In this document: piece by piece, positions 36,520 to 49,877 of the stretch | Layout of the letters: every line of letters starts with the position of its first letter | Numbering within the stretch: the stretch's first letter is position 1 | Assembly: GCA_964187785.1 (NCBI GenBank) | Contig: OZ076421.1 | Span: 19,158,001 to 19,222,000, forward strand | Length of the DNA stretch: 64,000 nucleotides | DNA from: Amphiscolops sp. MND2022 | Lineage: Eukaryota | Direction: 5' to 3' | Translations under genes and position numbers: made by a program | Notes under the pieces: generated by a model | The model's database searches: none | Told to the model about the DNA's origin: nothing | The model's input: the letters and a program-made list of their open reading frames with translations, nothing else

Positions 36520-39023
36520 CTACCGATTTAGTCGACTACATATATATTTAGCAATCATAACTCTGCTTCCGGCTTCAAAGGTCTTTCTCCACAAACACAC
36601 AATCACCCAGGTATATATAGGTGGTTTCCTGTTTCTTGCCGAGCGTCGCATTGTGAGAGCAGGGGATTCCGGACAGACTTGAGAATCCTTGTCTGGTTCC
36701 ACAGATTCAAGTGGTTGACACTGCGTTCCGATGTCAGGGTCTACGTTGGTCTCTTTGTCTCTGCACTTTCCGCCTGGTTGCGAGATCATTCCTTCATTGT
36801 CAACACTAGCCGGTCGTTGAGAGAGGTCCTTAGTAGAAACCGTGTCAACTCGCACATCGCCAAAAGAGGTTCGTTCGAGGTGAGGGGAGATAAATTTGGA
36901 AATCTGTACAGGCACAACTGGAGCGTACTCTTTTGCCCTTAAGAATTTCGGAGGTACGCTGGATTATCTGCCTTCAGCCAAGGTGCGCTCCTGTCAACAG
37001 CTTGTCGTGTTTGAAACAAAGGAAGCAATCATGGGGAGTCTCCTTGGTGACGGTTGTGATAAATGTCCGAAACAAAGAGGGCGCTGATGGTACGACAAAT
37101 TCCCTGTCAGATTGTGGGCAGTTTGCGGAATGTAACAGGCACTGAACGTTCTTCAAAACCATTCCGTTGTATCGCTGGTTTTTTCCCTTGCCTCGAGGAT
37201 TGTAGGGCGTAGCTTTGGAGGTCGAAACTCCGTTCCTGCGGTAGACATTTTGAAATTCCGTTGACAAGAATTGCGTGCCCCGGTGGGAATGAATGAAACC
37301 TGGGTTTCCGAAATTGGCAAAAAGCGTCGAGAGACATTTGATGACGCCACTAATCGTGATGTTCCCGGGCCAACGGAAACCTATTAAACTCCTCCAACAC
37401 TGTGTTAAGGTATTGGTTTTTGCTTCCAGTCATTGGTTTAGGGTCAACAATTGCTACTCAGAGTAGCTCACAAGGTTTGGAGGACCGGCTAAAATCGCTT
37501 CCGGTGGCAGCGAAAAGCCCGGTTTCCATACTGCGCACGTTTTGCAATACTCGGTAACACTTTTTGCCTAAATTTAATAATTTATCGGTAATCGATAATT
37601 TGCCTAGTAATCTAAAGTTATTGGGACTTTGTGTCTTTGAATGTACTCATACAGTCGGGTCACTCTCGGATGCCCAAGTGTCTCTTTCAGGGTTTTACAG
37701 CTAGACTGTATGGTCGTTAATTGATACAGGGCGTCAGCTGGCACGTTCTGGGTACTTCTCCGATATCTCATTTCGAAGTTGTACTCCAATAGTTTCGAGA
37801 GGCAGCGAATCAATTTGTCATTTAATATAGTGGAACTGTTGGGTGCAAACAAAAGAGAGGGGTTTTCGGTCGGTGTGAACTAAACTACGTGACGTACGTA
37901 ACAGCTCCGAGAAACGGCGGAGGCCTTCCAAGATAGCCATTATTTTCCGTTCAACAACCAAGTACGCCATTTCGCTAGAGTTCAAACTTCTCGAGAAAAA
38001 AATGACAGGGTTGTCGCCCTGACTGTGTCACTTCGATTCCAGTTCTGGACTAGTCGGTTTGAAGAACACGGGGCTCGTTTGCTCGGTGAAGCCAGAGCAC
38101 GGCAGAGGCAACTTCCTTTTTAAGAGTTTCGATTGCCAGTGGAGAAGCTTGATTGACCGGAAAAACAATTTGTTTCTATGCTGCGAGCAAAGGGGGAATC
38201 TTATTCGAGTAGTCTGTAACCAACTTTGCATTTCAAGAAGGCGTTTAAACTGGGACGAGTTTCGGGGTAGGGAATAACATTAGAGTCATGTTTTGGCTCG
38301 GATCGGGGCGGTTAGATTCAACTCCAACAATGTGACCGAGCAATGGCACTGTCTTACACCCAAAACAGCACATAGCTTTTTTTCAGCAACAGACCCTCGA
38401 CTTCGGCCGCTTTCAGGACGTTCTTCAAATTTTTTGGTGTTCCCTTCAGGTTGTGCCGGCGTACAAAGGCTGTCATGTCTTGTTGAAACGCCCTCACAGC
38501 GTTTGTGACCCCCGAAGGGAAGTCTGATGAACTCCAAAAGTTGTCCGTTTACTTCAAAAACAGTGAATGGCATGTACTTGCGATGGGGTGGTATTTGATA
38601 ATACGCAGATTCTTAATAAATTTTAGACAAAATAGTGTTCTCAGCAGCTTCAGCAGGAAAAGAGTCTTGCATATTCAGAAGCTTGAGCTCGCCAGGGGAC
38701 GTGGAAACCTGAACTTAGCCCTCGGCGAACATGCGGCTAACTTCAAACTCCATAAAAGCAATGTCATGCAGTTTGTGACGAAGCAATTTTGTAGCTATCA
38801 GTTATGCACCATGAACTGAACTGGGGAGTATACGATGGAATCCTTTTGATTGCCACTGAGCATTTGATGTCGGGCGAAAAGCACTGTCTTGGGCTTCAGA
38901 ATCTGCCTGTGCAAAGCTCTCAGAGCGTTGGCAAACGCTGCACAACTTTCGATTAGAGTAAAAGAGTCTCAACCGACAATTGTACGAAGAAAACAAATTT
39001 TTGAGCATCTTCGGTTGTGCCAT
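36520..39023 (-). pseudogene. Degenerate Gypsy gag-pol (element 3)
   Basis: RT FEVNGQLLEFIRLPFG; RNase H VERKIMAILEGLRRF..HTDRKPL..NDKLIR..NVPADAL; integrase LGHPRVTRLY and TPYNPRG..RYNG; C-terminal RRSAR.RKPP. Multiple frameshifts. Confidence 0.85.
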
Positions 39024-39921
39024 TGATACATAAACCGTCCTCGAAACATTTCCTCGACCCTTTCCATTTCTCGGGAAATAGATTGGATGGCAATTCAGGT
39101 GGTTTGAACTTCATGAGACGTCACGAGACAGAAGGATTACAGCCGCAAGACAATAGGTAAGAAGAGCCTAAGAAAGTACCGTAGTAGTAGAACAAAAGAG
39201 CATCGAAGAGCTAAGAAGAACTTAAGTAAGAAAGTACAAGTATTGCCTAAAGAGAAAAGGAAAGCTCTCTTACCTGCAGTCAGCTTACGTGAAATAGCGC
39301 GAGAAGATGCAAGGGCCCCGACGGCACTTCTGTATGTTCCGGCGTGGCATTGTGGGCTTTTCGATTCTATATATATCGTTGTTTTTAGGCATTGCTTGAG
39401 TTAGTATGGTTAGCATGGGTTGGGACTAATTTTGTGGTCTTTTTGCTTCAAAATAAAAAGTCAGATGACCAGAGGAAGCCATTGAGCCAAATGACTTGAA
39501 CCCAAGTCACTTGTAACCGTTGAAGCAACGGATCTCAATAGCTCTTCCGCTCGGCAAGGCGACCTGTCTTCTAAGAATTCTGAGCGGCAGAGATGCGTTT
39601 GAAGAAATTAATTACATAGTATTTTTTGTTGGATCTGACTTTTCTTTTCAACTTGACAATCAGCGTGGGTTGTGTTGTTTTTTTTTCGTTTTGTTTCTGT
39701 CATTCGACTTGTATAATGGCTGATATGAGTGGGTTGTTGGTCGCTTTTTATCGTTGATACCGGTCTACTGAGATAGTGGCTGGTATGAGGTTTTTGTTGC
39801 AGACCACGAAGGTGTGTTTTCTTCCACAACCTGATGACACACATGGCACTAGCTTGATGACGAAGATCCATGTTTTATATGATTGTGAAAGAATGATGAT
39901 ATACAAGAAATATTGTGATTC

Positions 39922-40715
39922 AATAACACAAGCAATTAATTCCCTAAAGGTATATCGAATTTGGAAAAAAATCCCAAAAAACAGCTGGTAATTTCCGCCC
40001 GGACGGGCGCTCCGGTTCACTGTTCATGGCTAAATTATAATAATCATATCAACCGGTTCAAACACTTTCATCATGTAGTAATTAATAAATTGCACTTACA
40101 TCACATGTTTTTGCTTAAATTTACTTATACGGTGTTAAAATATAGTAGTTCATTGTTGGAATGCCTAAACAAAACAAATGTTCTGGGGTGGTGTACCGAG
40201 ACCCACTCAGTTACTTGCGGCGCGTATGCTGCCTGGACAGTTGACTTAAAAATATAATCATTGACTGCACTCGTATGTATGTTCAACTGGCTAGCAATAT
40301 GGTAATCTTCACGTTACGGTGAATCTACTAGCATGTTTATATTTGTATTACGAAATTGCAACCACACTAAGATGGTTGTGGGCTGCTTTTCCCGGACGTT
40401 TACATGGAATTCAATTCTGAGTATGCCGCCTGGGCAGTTGACTCAAATAACAAAAAACATCACATATTTTTTGAATACTCAAAATGGCAGTAAATTATAA
40501 ACCAGGCTCAATTTGAAAATTGTTGCAAGAACCTAGGCCTGAGACTTGATGATCAGCAGCTTCAGACTTCGATTGGTTTACGTCTCGGAGCATACATGCC
40601 ACTGTGGTGAAAGAGTTGACCGGGACGGTGTTCAAGTCTTTCTTGCGCCAAGTGTGCTTCTCATGTAATGCTAAGCTACTTTTTCTCAAAAATCAGACTT
40701 TGGGATCTCCCGACT
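39922..40715. repeat. ~0.8-kb direct repeat, copy 2 (candidate 5' LTR of element 3)
   Basis: See copy 1. No TSD or TG...CA termini found. Confidence 0.85.
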
Positions 40716-40849
40716 GGGTCAGGGACTTTTTGTCACACGCCATTTGGGCAACAATATGGCGTCGGTTACATGGGCGACAAAATGTCCACCAAATAAGATG
40801 ATCAAAGAGATCAATCAACTCATTTAATTGAAGAGGTTTGCTTATTTGA

Positions 40850-41580
40850 AATGGTTTGCCCACTGATGTTGTTGAAGAGGTTAAAGTGTGATTTATGCCA
40901 ACTTCAAACTTGGAGTGAGTGCAATAGGGTTTTTTTCAATGCTAAAAAGTGTCAATATCTTTTTTTCAAAGTATCATCAGGTTTCGAAAAAGAACTGTAC
41001 GACGAGAAATTAAAGAAAACGGATGTATATACGGACTTCGGGCTCGTTATAAAAAGCAATTTGAAATGGAACAACCACCTGGAGACACGACAATCTCAAG
41101 ATTATAAAGTCTATCAAATGGTAAGAAGAAATTCTGCAACGAGTACATCAACTCAGTCAAAGCTGCTAGTATACAAATCCATGATCAATCCATCCCTACT
41201 GTCCATTTCAGAATGTTGGTTTCCGAATTAATCAGAACTGAAGAAATTGTAATAGTTTAATTCTAGAGTGACAAGATGGATCATATCAAGAGACGACTAC
41301 AAACAATGATTGTCAACCCTGAGAATTTCACCCATATCGTTTTTTATCGAGCTCAAAGAAATGATGATATTATCAAACATAATTGATGGTCGATTTGTTG
41401 TAGATATGCAACGTTTTTACCAATTAAAGCAAAGCAAAAGAAGAGAAATTCAATTTGTAGTTCCAAACGTAACCAGCGAAACATTGCGACTAAACTTTAG
41501 GTATCGAGCACACTTTTGGGCTAATTAATTAGCGAAGAGTATTAACATTACAGATCCAACATCTATCAATAACAAACTAC
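40850..41580 (+). pseudogene. 5'-truncated LINE, RT C-terminal region
   Basis: FNAKKC...DFGLVIKSNLKWNNH...LVYKSMINP.L...WFP, typical of the CR1/L2/Jockey RT thumb. Confidence 0.7.
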
Positions 41581-41799
41581 TAACCTTATGATGGAAAAAA
41601 TTCAACTCATCCTTCAATGAAGATATTCTTTGCACTTACAGCTTCCTTCGTTTATGTGACACTTTCAGAAAGACTGTGGCCAATTTCAAGTGAAGGTAGA
41701 AATCCCGCCGTCAAACAGACGGAAATCCATCATATATATCACTTTCTCCCAAAAAACATTCTGAAATGGACTGCTCATTTTCAGAACTCAAAGATTTGA

Positions 41800-42280
41800 A
41801 CTCCGTGAGCGCAGCAAAAGGAAAAAACTAGATATGTCTACTGTCCGATTGCTTACTGACGAAACAGGTTAAAAGTTTCCAAAATTCGGTCCAGAGACCA
41901 AGTATCTCGGAAAAACGCCCGTATTGAGAAGAATAAGCATTTCGAAAACGCTTGATGGGAACGAAAACGAGCTCATCTTGACCGAAATTTTACAACGTAA
42001 AAAATTGGAAAGACAAGAAGTTGACGAAAAAAACCAAACGCCGGGAATAGTAGAGAGTGATTTTGCTGAAGCAACTCTGCAAAAGAGGCGGAAGAAGGGG
42101 GATGAATCAAAGTACCTTAACTGTCGCTTCTTGCTTCCGACATCCAATGTTTTGGAGAGGTTTTTTAGTGCTGCAGGCGATGCTCTGAATGATTTCAGAG
42201 AATAAAACCCCCAAATATTTCGACCAACAGCTGTTCCTTTGGGCGAAAAAAAGTATTGAACCGTTAAAACGGTCCTTTCT
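41800..42280 (+). pseudogene. hAT transposase C-terminal (dimerisation domain) relic
   Basis: LLPTSNVLERFFSAAG matches the hAT P-x-S-x3-ER-x-FS-x-AG motif. Confidence 0.75.
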
Positions 42281-42365
42281 GTTCATTCTGATTTAATATC
42301 GTTTTGTAATTATTTTTTTTCTCGATTGATTTTTTTACTGTTCCATGTGACTCAATTAATGCAAT

Positions 42366-42414
42366 TAGGTAGGTAGGTAGGTAGGTAGGTAGGTGGGTAG
42401 GTAGGTAAGTAGGA
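42366..42414. repeat. (TAGG)n microsatellite, probably the 3' (CCTA)n tail of the adjacent minus-strand LINE
   Basis: ~12 units located directly at the 3' end of the LINE. Confidence 0.85.
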
Positions 42415-44689
42415 AGGTACTGTTGATTCGGCCGTCACGGCCAAGGATTTCCTCCCCTTCAATCTACGTCGCAATTGGTTAGACTCTCCACGTGTTACTG
42501 ATAATCTCCTTGTATTTAATATTGAAATACCACCAGAAGTAACCAAGGAGTCGTTGTTTCAACCCTTGATGGTTTTTGAAATTGACTGATTTCGGAAGTC
42601 TGTTAATGAGTGCACCAGTTCCGTAGAAGAAGCTGTCTCGACATATTTTCTTCTTGGGTTTCTTGTTTTCAAACCTCAAGCAGTCACTCGATCTCAGCAA
42701 TCGCTCCTAGTCCCTCAAATAAAATTATCATCAAAGTTATAATCATAATGATCGTTTAAACAGTTCGAACGTGTCAGTAGATCTTGGAGTTGGAGATAAA
42801 GTGCAAGAGGGAGAATTTCGCATTTTCAAACTATCTAGATAAATTTGGTCTCCATTGATCCATCTCAAGTTTTCTTTTTGAGTTTTTTCAAGAGTTTTGC
42901 AACATTGAATATTCGGGTACCATATGTTGCTGCCGTAGATCAAAATGGGCACTATCATGAATTTGTAAATATTTAGCTTAGCTGTAGGACATAGCATTGT
43001 CTCTTGACCATCCAGAGCACATCCTTGCTTTAGTAGCTGCTTTTTCAATGTGTTCGTACAATTTCAGATTGTCCGAAACTACTACACCAAGATTTTTCTG
43101 AAGCGATTTCTTTTTAAATGGTTGACCTCAAAAGTAAAGGACATTATCTTGTGGTGGGGATGACATGTGTGAACACTTGTTAATGTTTAGGGATAATTTT
43201 TCCATTTAACTCCATCTCTGACTTCGGGAAAGGTCAAGTTGAAATTTAAGACCAGGTGCACCAATGTGTAAGGTTTGCATCGTCCGCGTTTAGTAAAGGG
43301 ATAAAATTGTGACAATTTTCTCGTAAGTCAGTAATATATATAATTGGAAGAGTAGACTAGAGAGAAAAGAGGCTTTGGGAAACACAACTTGTTACGTTGA
43401 CGTATTCTGAATAGTGACCGTTGACTCTGAGACGTTGTTGTTGACTGGTAAGATACGATTTTAGGAGATTTAGCAGTTTGCCTTGAACACCGTGCTCGTG
43501 GCGTTTTCGCAACTGTAGGCCGTGATCAACATTGTCGAAGGCTTCCTCGTAGTCTGTATGAACCATATTGACTTGTTCGCCTTCTTCCAGTAATTTATAG
43601 ATAGTCTCCAGGATAACCAGAAGCTGAAAAACACAAGAACGCCGTTTTCCAAAACCAAATTGGGTAAGACTGAGTATCGGTTCGAAGTGTTTATATAGAT
43701 CCAAGTAAATACATCTTTCAAGGATTTTTGAAGCAATTGTTAGGAGTGACACTTGTCTGTAGTTTTCGACATCAGGTTTGCAGTCTCTTTTGAAACTTGG
43801 TTATACTCTTGATACTTTCCAAGTATTTGGGAACACACCTGTTTGTTCTATTTGGTAGAATAATTGAGATAAGATTTCCTTATTGTATTGTAACATTTTT
43901 TGAACACAATTGGTGGGATTCCGTCAGCCCCAGAAGCCTTTGTAACATCAAGACCTTCAGCGATACATTCAATCCTGTTGATAGATGTGTCAAATTCTTC
44001 TAAAATCGGGATACCTAAAACATTTGAGGTGGGTATGAGAACACTAGATTCGATGAAAATTGATGCGAAGAATTTCGAAAAATGTTTCGCTTGTGAAAGT
44101 GGGTCAGTTGCAAAATCGTTCTTGAGATGAATTGAGGTTGGGATTCGAGTAGCTGCAAATGTTCGATAGTGCTTACATAGAAACCCGGTATCGCGGGAGG
44201 CAGAAAGATTCACTTCATAGTCAGATTTATTTTCTTTCAGCATTTTTTCAAATAACTCTTGAAGTTTTTTTATTTTGGAGATTTTAGGTTACTTGGAAAA
44301 CTTCGTAGTTTCTAGTTTCTTCATAATTATGGAGGTGGCAGGTTTGACCAAGGGAAATATTCTGCTACGATATGTGGTACATTTTGGGACGGTACCTGCT
44401 AGAATATTTTTCAACCAGTCGTAGCAATGCTCAAGAAGTATTTCAACATTGCTCCTACAAATACCGTTGAATGGTTTATCTGCTATTAGTTTGTTCATCA
44501 CTTCTTAGTTAGCTCGACAATAACTGAGACTTGAAATAGGTGAATTTGTTCGTAGATAGTTGTTCGGAAAACTCCGTATGGGTATCTGCGTTTTTTTAAG
44601 TTTACTCCTTCATGGTTGGAAAGAAAGGTGATTTTAGGATTAGATGCTTTACAGGGTATATGCCCTTTTTGCCAAGGGTGGCTGTAAAA

Positions 44690-45710
44690 AGGTCCAAATT
44701 TTCTGGTCGAAAGGACAGAGGTCGAACCTTTCGATCGAATTGCAGGGATCAAATGGAATTCGGTCGAATTCGATCGAAACGTCTTTAACGCCAAAACGTC
44801 CTCTTAACAGCTAAAAACGTTCGTTCTGGAAGCGAAATTATTGTAATGTGGGGCATATGCTGATCGCCCTCACCGTCGCAAAGACCAGCTCCCACAACGA
44901 TCGCTTCGCAATCTCCGTTCTCGCTAGGTCTTTGCTCCTGTTTGACCTCGCTTAGCAAGATGGGAACGTAAGCGGCCTCAAGGGGCCGCGGGGCACTAGA
45001 GGAAATGGGGACATCCGAGACACGTTTTTATACTTTTCTAGAAAATTCTATCTGCGGCAATTCGATTTGTTACCCAAAAATCAAAACTTCGATCCGATTT
45101 GTTTCGATCCCATTCAAAAATTTGGTATGTCGACCCGAGGACTAACTGATTTTCGATACCGTTCCTTCGACCTATTTCCGCCCACCCGTTTGCCGAATCC
45201 CATTCTGCCGAAACCCACTTTGCCGAAAGCATGGAACTTTCTTTTTCTTTTTTTCTTTTTTTCTTTCTTTTTCGAAAGCCGATTTTTTTCGGCAAAGTGT
45301 GCAAGGCAGTTGTCTACATCTGCAAAAACAGACTTTCAAAGCTATAAAGTGATTCAAAGTATAAAACGTGTCTCGCATATGTCCTCTAGTGCCCCGCGGC
45401 CCCTTGGGGCCGCTTATGTTCCCATCTTGCTAAGCGAGGTCGAACAGGAGCAAAAACCTAGCGGGAACGGAGATTGCGAAGCGACCGTTGTGGGAGCTGG
45501 TCTGCGACGGTGAGGGCGAGCGTGCATACACCGGATATGCCCCACATTATATTTTCGCTTTCAAAAAGTCTTTTTGCAGATGTAGACAACTGCCTTGCCC
45601 ACTTTGCCGAATTTCGATGCCCACCCTGCCGAAAATTAATTCGGCTAAATGGGCAAGGTAGGGACACTTTGCCGAATTCGGCAAAATGGGTTTGGGCAAA
45701 CTGTCCCATA
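44690..45710. mobile_element. Composite fold-back/MITE-like insertion; main inverted repeat 44844-45036 / 45356-45549
   Basis: ~190-bp GC-rich inverted arms; a second inverted pair at ~45279-45343 / ~45556-45615; repeated TTTGCCGAA/TTCGGCAAA and TTCGATCGAA motifs. Confidence 0.75.
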
Positions 45711-46415
45711 TTCGTTTACAGGAAATGACTTCGATGTTGTGATTCACCAAAATTAAATCGAGAATACCTGAGGCAGCTGTTGGAAAGTCAATAATTTGTC
45801 ATATCGTGGCCTAATAAATCTAGTAGAGGTTTATCGAGATCGTTCTTTGTCATTCGTGTGTCCCAGTCATCATCTTGCAGATTTAGATCGCCGCCAATTA
45901 AAACGTAGTCATGAAGTGTACCCAGGTTGAATATTTCCTCAAAAATATGGACCACTTTATCTGCTTTGATGAAATAAGGACTGACCGATGGGGCGTTATA
46001 AAAACACACTAAGAGGAGTTTTTCATTATCATTATTCAATGTACATGCTATTGCTCATCCTTTCGGATCACTAGTTATTGGTATCAATTTTTGATTGGCA
46101 AGTATTTTCATCGATTATTAATCGAAACATTTTTTGTCCCCAGTTATTTTCCAATTTTGAATTGCCAGGCCCTGAACACAAAATGTTCAATTGCAGGAAC
46201 ATACGAAGTGGAAGCAGATTGAGCGAGCGAACTTTACTGATAAGTGGATACTCGTATATAACAGGCCATGATTGTGTGGCATCTCCCCTCATCACGATTT
46301 CAACGGCAGAAATTTTGTGACTGCGATTCCTCACTTTTGCAACATTCACTAATCTTTATAAACATCTTTGTATATTTTTTCAGTCTTCTAATGTTGCTTC
46401 GTGTATCTGCAATTA

Positions 46416-46703
46416 ATGGGCTGTATTCCAAAATCCAATTTCGAAAAAATTCTCGGGGAATTGCACAAGCTTGGGATTCAAGATGTGGATACCAATGCTA
46501 TAGACAAAGCCCTAGTTTCAATTCGTAAACAACGTGGATCATTCCAAGGGCTGCGGAAGCGCGATTTTGTTGATCTAATTATCGCAAATTTGAACGCATC
46601 TCCTAAAGAAAACATTATTCCTGGATTTGTTTCAAAGGAAGGTGTCAATCTTGAACATGAAAGCCAGGAAGAAAACAACAATTCAAGTGAGACTCGTCTC
46701 TGA
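46416..46703 (+). CDS. Short ORF or exon fragment with a TTC3/DZIP3-like helical repeat
   Basis: SNFEKILGEL...IDKALVSIRKQRGSFQGL...FVDLIIANL resembles the helical module of TTC3/DZIP3 (from memory of the family). Splice context is unclear. Confidence 0.4.
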   Translation: MGCIPKSNFEKILGELHKLGIQDVDTNAIDKALVSIRKQRGSFQGLRKRDFVDLIIANLNASPKENIIPGFVSKEGVNLEHESQEENNNSSETRL

Positions 46704-47697
46704 TATGCACAGAGGAAGCATTTGTTGATAATGCCCTTAATTTCAAACGTTTTTGTGTCGAATACGTTTTCATTTTTGTTCTTGAATAGTGTTGACAACG
46801 TACTATTACCATAGAACGTATACGGAACGTATCACAAGGTACTAGTGCATGTGCTATTACCCAGAGTTGTTCAAAAATTATTGGAAATCTAGATTAATGT
46901 GAAAAATTCTTGAGCGAGATCATAAATATCATCTATATCTTCTAATCAACATTCCTACTAGTACCCAAAAAAGCGAAACCAAGAATTTCATAATTTTCAA
47001 CTGCTAATCGTAACATTATTTCATCACCCTATGCCTATTAAGATTTTTTCTAAAACCTAAAAGTCGATTGTAAATGAATTAAGTGGACGTAAATTCTTCT
47101 CGAGGTCCAAATTGAATTCTCTCTCGGACAATGCGATTATTGTACCATGCTTATACTACATCTATTCTCTATTGAAACTGAAGAATTCTATTTTTTTTCT
47201 AAAAAAGACCGTGCGCATCGAAACCAAATGGCAATCGTCTACGTATGTATGGCCCAGGTTACAGAGGGGCTTGTCAAAAAGGTGCGGAAGGTGTCGATAC
47301 GCTGCAAGCTACAGAGCCTCCTTGCAGTGTCAGTAGAGGACTAATTTATAAAACAAAACACCCGGATCGCAAAGTAGATGCTCGTCTATAAAACAGCGTA
47401 TCACAATTGAGTTGCTCGTTATGAAGTTACTGGGAGCTTGAGAGCCTTCATTTTGAAGCTATGAAAAGTGAAGCTATTCATGAACTTCAACTCATTTTTA
47501 CCACACCTAAAATATGACAGGAAGAAAATGCAGTTTTCTTGGTAAGAACTTGACCATCAAGTATTTGGGAGCGATGACGTTCTCAAACTTGCCGTGAAAG
47601 AAGGTTTATAATTTTGATTCATAATTTATCTGAACTGTCTTGTTTGTTTTTTATCTACTTCGAAAGCATTAGTCATATTGTTGGATGTTCTTTTAAG

Positions 47698-49877
47698 GTT
47701 ACTACACTTCAAACGAAACGTTGGAGATAACTGCTGCGTCTTTCACGAAAGAGTTGCAATTAGAGGACCATATACCGTCTTCTCTCGGTAATCGAATAAT
47801 TTCTCGCGATGATATATCTATTCGAGATCCTTCTGTCACAATCGATGCTAAGCCACCTCGCAAACCTCAGGAAAGGCAAGCCCCCATTCCGAGAGACGAA
47901 ACTTCTCTTCATGGGACTGAAACTGCATGTGTAACCTCAGAAGCCTCAGGAAAAGCAAGTCTTCCCTCTGAGAGAAGAAAATCCTCCTCACTAGACTGCA
48001 ATCACTTTTCATCCATGGGCGATCAGTGTTCGGAGTCCAACGTGGATATTCCTAAAACTAACTTTTTGTCAGAAACTACGTCGCAATCAACTTTTGCTGC
48101 TCCAATTACTGCCGCGATCTTGACGAACCCGTTTGAGGTGCCTCAAATTCTGACAAGCAGAGTTTTAATCAGAGACGTAGTGGATTATGTTGTAACCAAG
48201 CATAAACATCTCAATGTTTCCAAGCTGGAGGTCATTTCTATTCTACGTATTATACTTTCTTCTTCAGGTAGTCAAACATTCGATTCGTTCAAAGATGTGG
48301 CATCCCTCATTTTGTTAATCGAAAGAGAAATAGCATCAAACCGTGATTTCTGCACGATGCTCGAAAATGTTTCGTGTGGTTTCAATGCTTTGAACAGTAT
48401 ATCAAACGGTTCCTTCAAATTGAATTCCATTTCAGATGAAAGCCTATCGTATTCTACCTCCCATTCTGGTACAAACAATTCACACCAGTCTGATTACAGC
48501 TCTTGTAATGGCGCTAAAACTATGAAATGTCCCGAGCCTGAAGAAACATTTGACTGGAAAGATTATATGTTCGCTAACGTTGCTCGAGTTAATGCCGTCG
48601 ATGAAAAGTCAAACTTGAAAAGAAGCAATGTGAATTCTTTCTCGCATGAGAATATTTCTAATTCTACAATTTCCATGAAAACTAGTTCCGCGTCAACTAA
48701 AAGCTGTGAAAATTCGAGGAAACCCGGAAAAGTTGAACCGACTAAAGATACAACAAAAGTTTCTTCAAATGATTGCCTTTCAGGTCAGCGGGGCTCAAAT
48801 GTTTCCAGAAACAACAGTGAAAGTTCGTCTTTATCCGCGAAAAGTTCTTCAGTCTCGTACTCGAGGTCCTACTCCACTGGATCTCAAAACCTTCCCCCAG
48901 GCTTTGACGGATTCATAGCTCAACGAGATGGCTTAAGTAATCCGCATTCGACCACAAGTTCCAAAACCTCTCTTCACAATGAGCAGAGTGGCTTAGTGGG
49001 GAAATCTGCCAACAAAGCTGCCCCAAAAGTGAAAATCAATATGAAAGACTCAACGGACGACTCATTGGATCAGAGAAGCTGCTCGAAAAGTGTGAATTTG
49101 GACATGCTTCCTGTTTTACAGAGAAGAATCTCAGACGCATCCAAAGTGAATTGCGTGCAGTGTCAAAATGGTCTGATTCCCGGGACTGGAAAGCTTGAGG
49201 CGTTGAAATGTGGTCACGTGATGCACAAATCATGTGTTAAAAACAACACCATGGGCTGTCCGAGTCATTGTACAACTATCAACAAAACTACCTCGCAAGA
49301 CGATGATGCGGATAAGGGCGACTGGTGTGTAGTTCCGATCAAAAAGAAGAGTGCAAAAGCAGTTGAAGCTGAGCAATTGGAGAAAAATGCGAAAGATGGC
49401 AAAGATAGCAAGAAAAAACAGAAGAAAAAGAAACCTTCGCTGGCCAAGTCTCTCAGTGCTGGAGATAAGAAACACGAGAAGGTAGCTCCTAAAAATGAGA
49501 AGTATAAAGAAGGAGCGGATCTTTGTGATTCCAACGAAAATGGGTCTCAAGAAGAAGATATCAGTATTACTCAGGGATCAAATAGTTTGGGGACATCTGA
49601 GACTTCTGTTGATAGTAGTACGCGGCCTATTCAACCTAAGCAACCTACGAATTCTGTTTGGAAACAAATCGATGTTCCTACTACTTTCGAGTCATACGAC
49701 GAAGTTGAATGTCCGATTTGTTATCACAGTTTGAATTTGGGAATAGCAATTGAGCTAGTATGCAAACACGTGTTTCATTCCCATTGTCTGAATAAGTGGT
49801 ATAAAATTCAGGGAAAGTCGTGTCCGCTGTGCCGGAAAGTTGCCATGACTCCAAACGAATATCCGGCTTTGAATTAA
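47698..49877 (+). CDS. RING-H2 E3 ubiquitin ligase, TTC3/DZIP3-like C-terminus (large terminal exon; possible small upstream exon 47514-47541)
   Basis: C-terminal C3H2C3 RING CPIC..CKHVFHSHC..CPLC; second RING-like CVQC..CGHVMHKSC..CPSHC; acceptor TTTTAAG at 47697; upstream donor G|GTAAGA at 47542 is phase-compatible. Confidence 0.85.

Larger units (their letters stand above)
42366..46040 (-). mobile_element. Degenerate LINE (APE endonuclease + RT), interrupted by a fold-back insertion
   Basis: EN motifs FYNAP, GGDLN and FPT..ILDLIL at 45715-46039, and LSNH at ~44620. RT motifs SLLTIASKILER, QFGF and DYEEAFDNVDH at 43350-43800. Confidence 0.82.
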
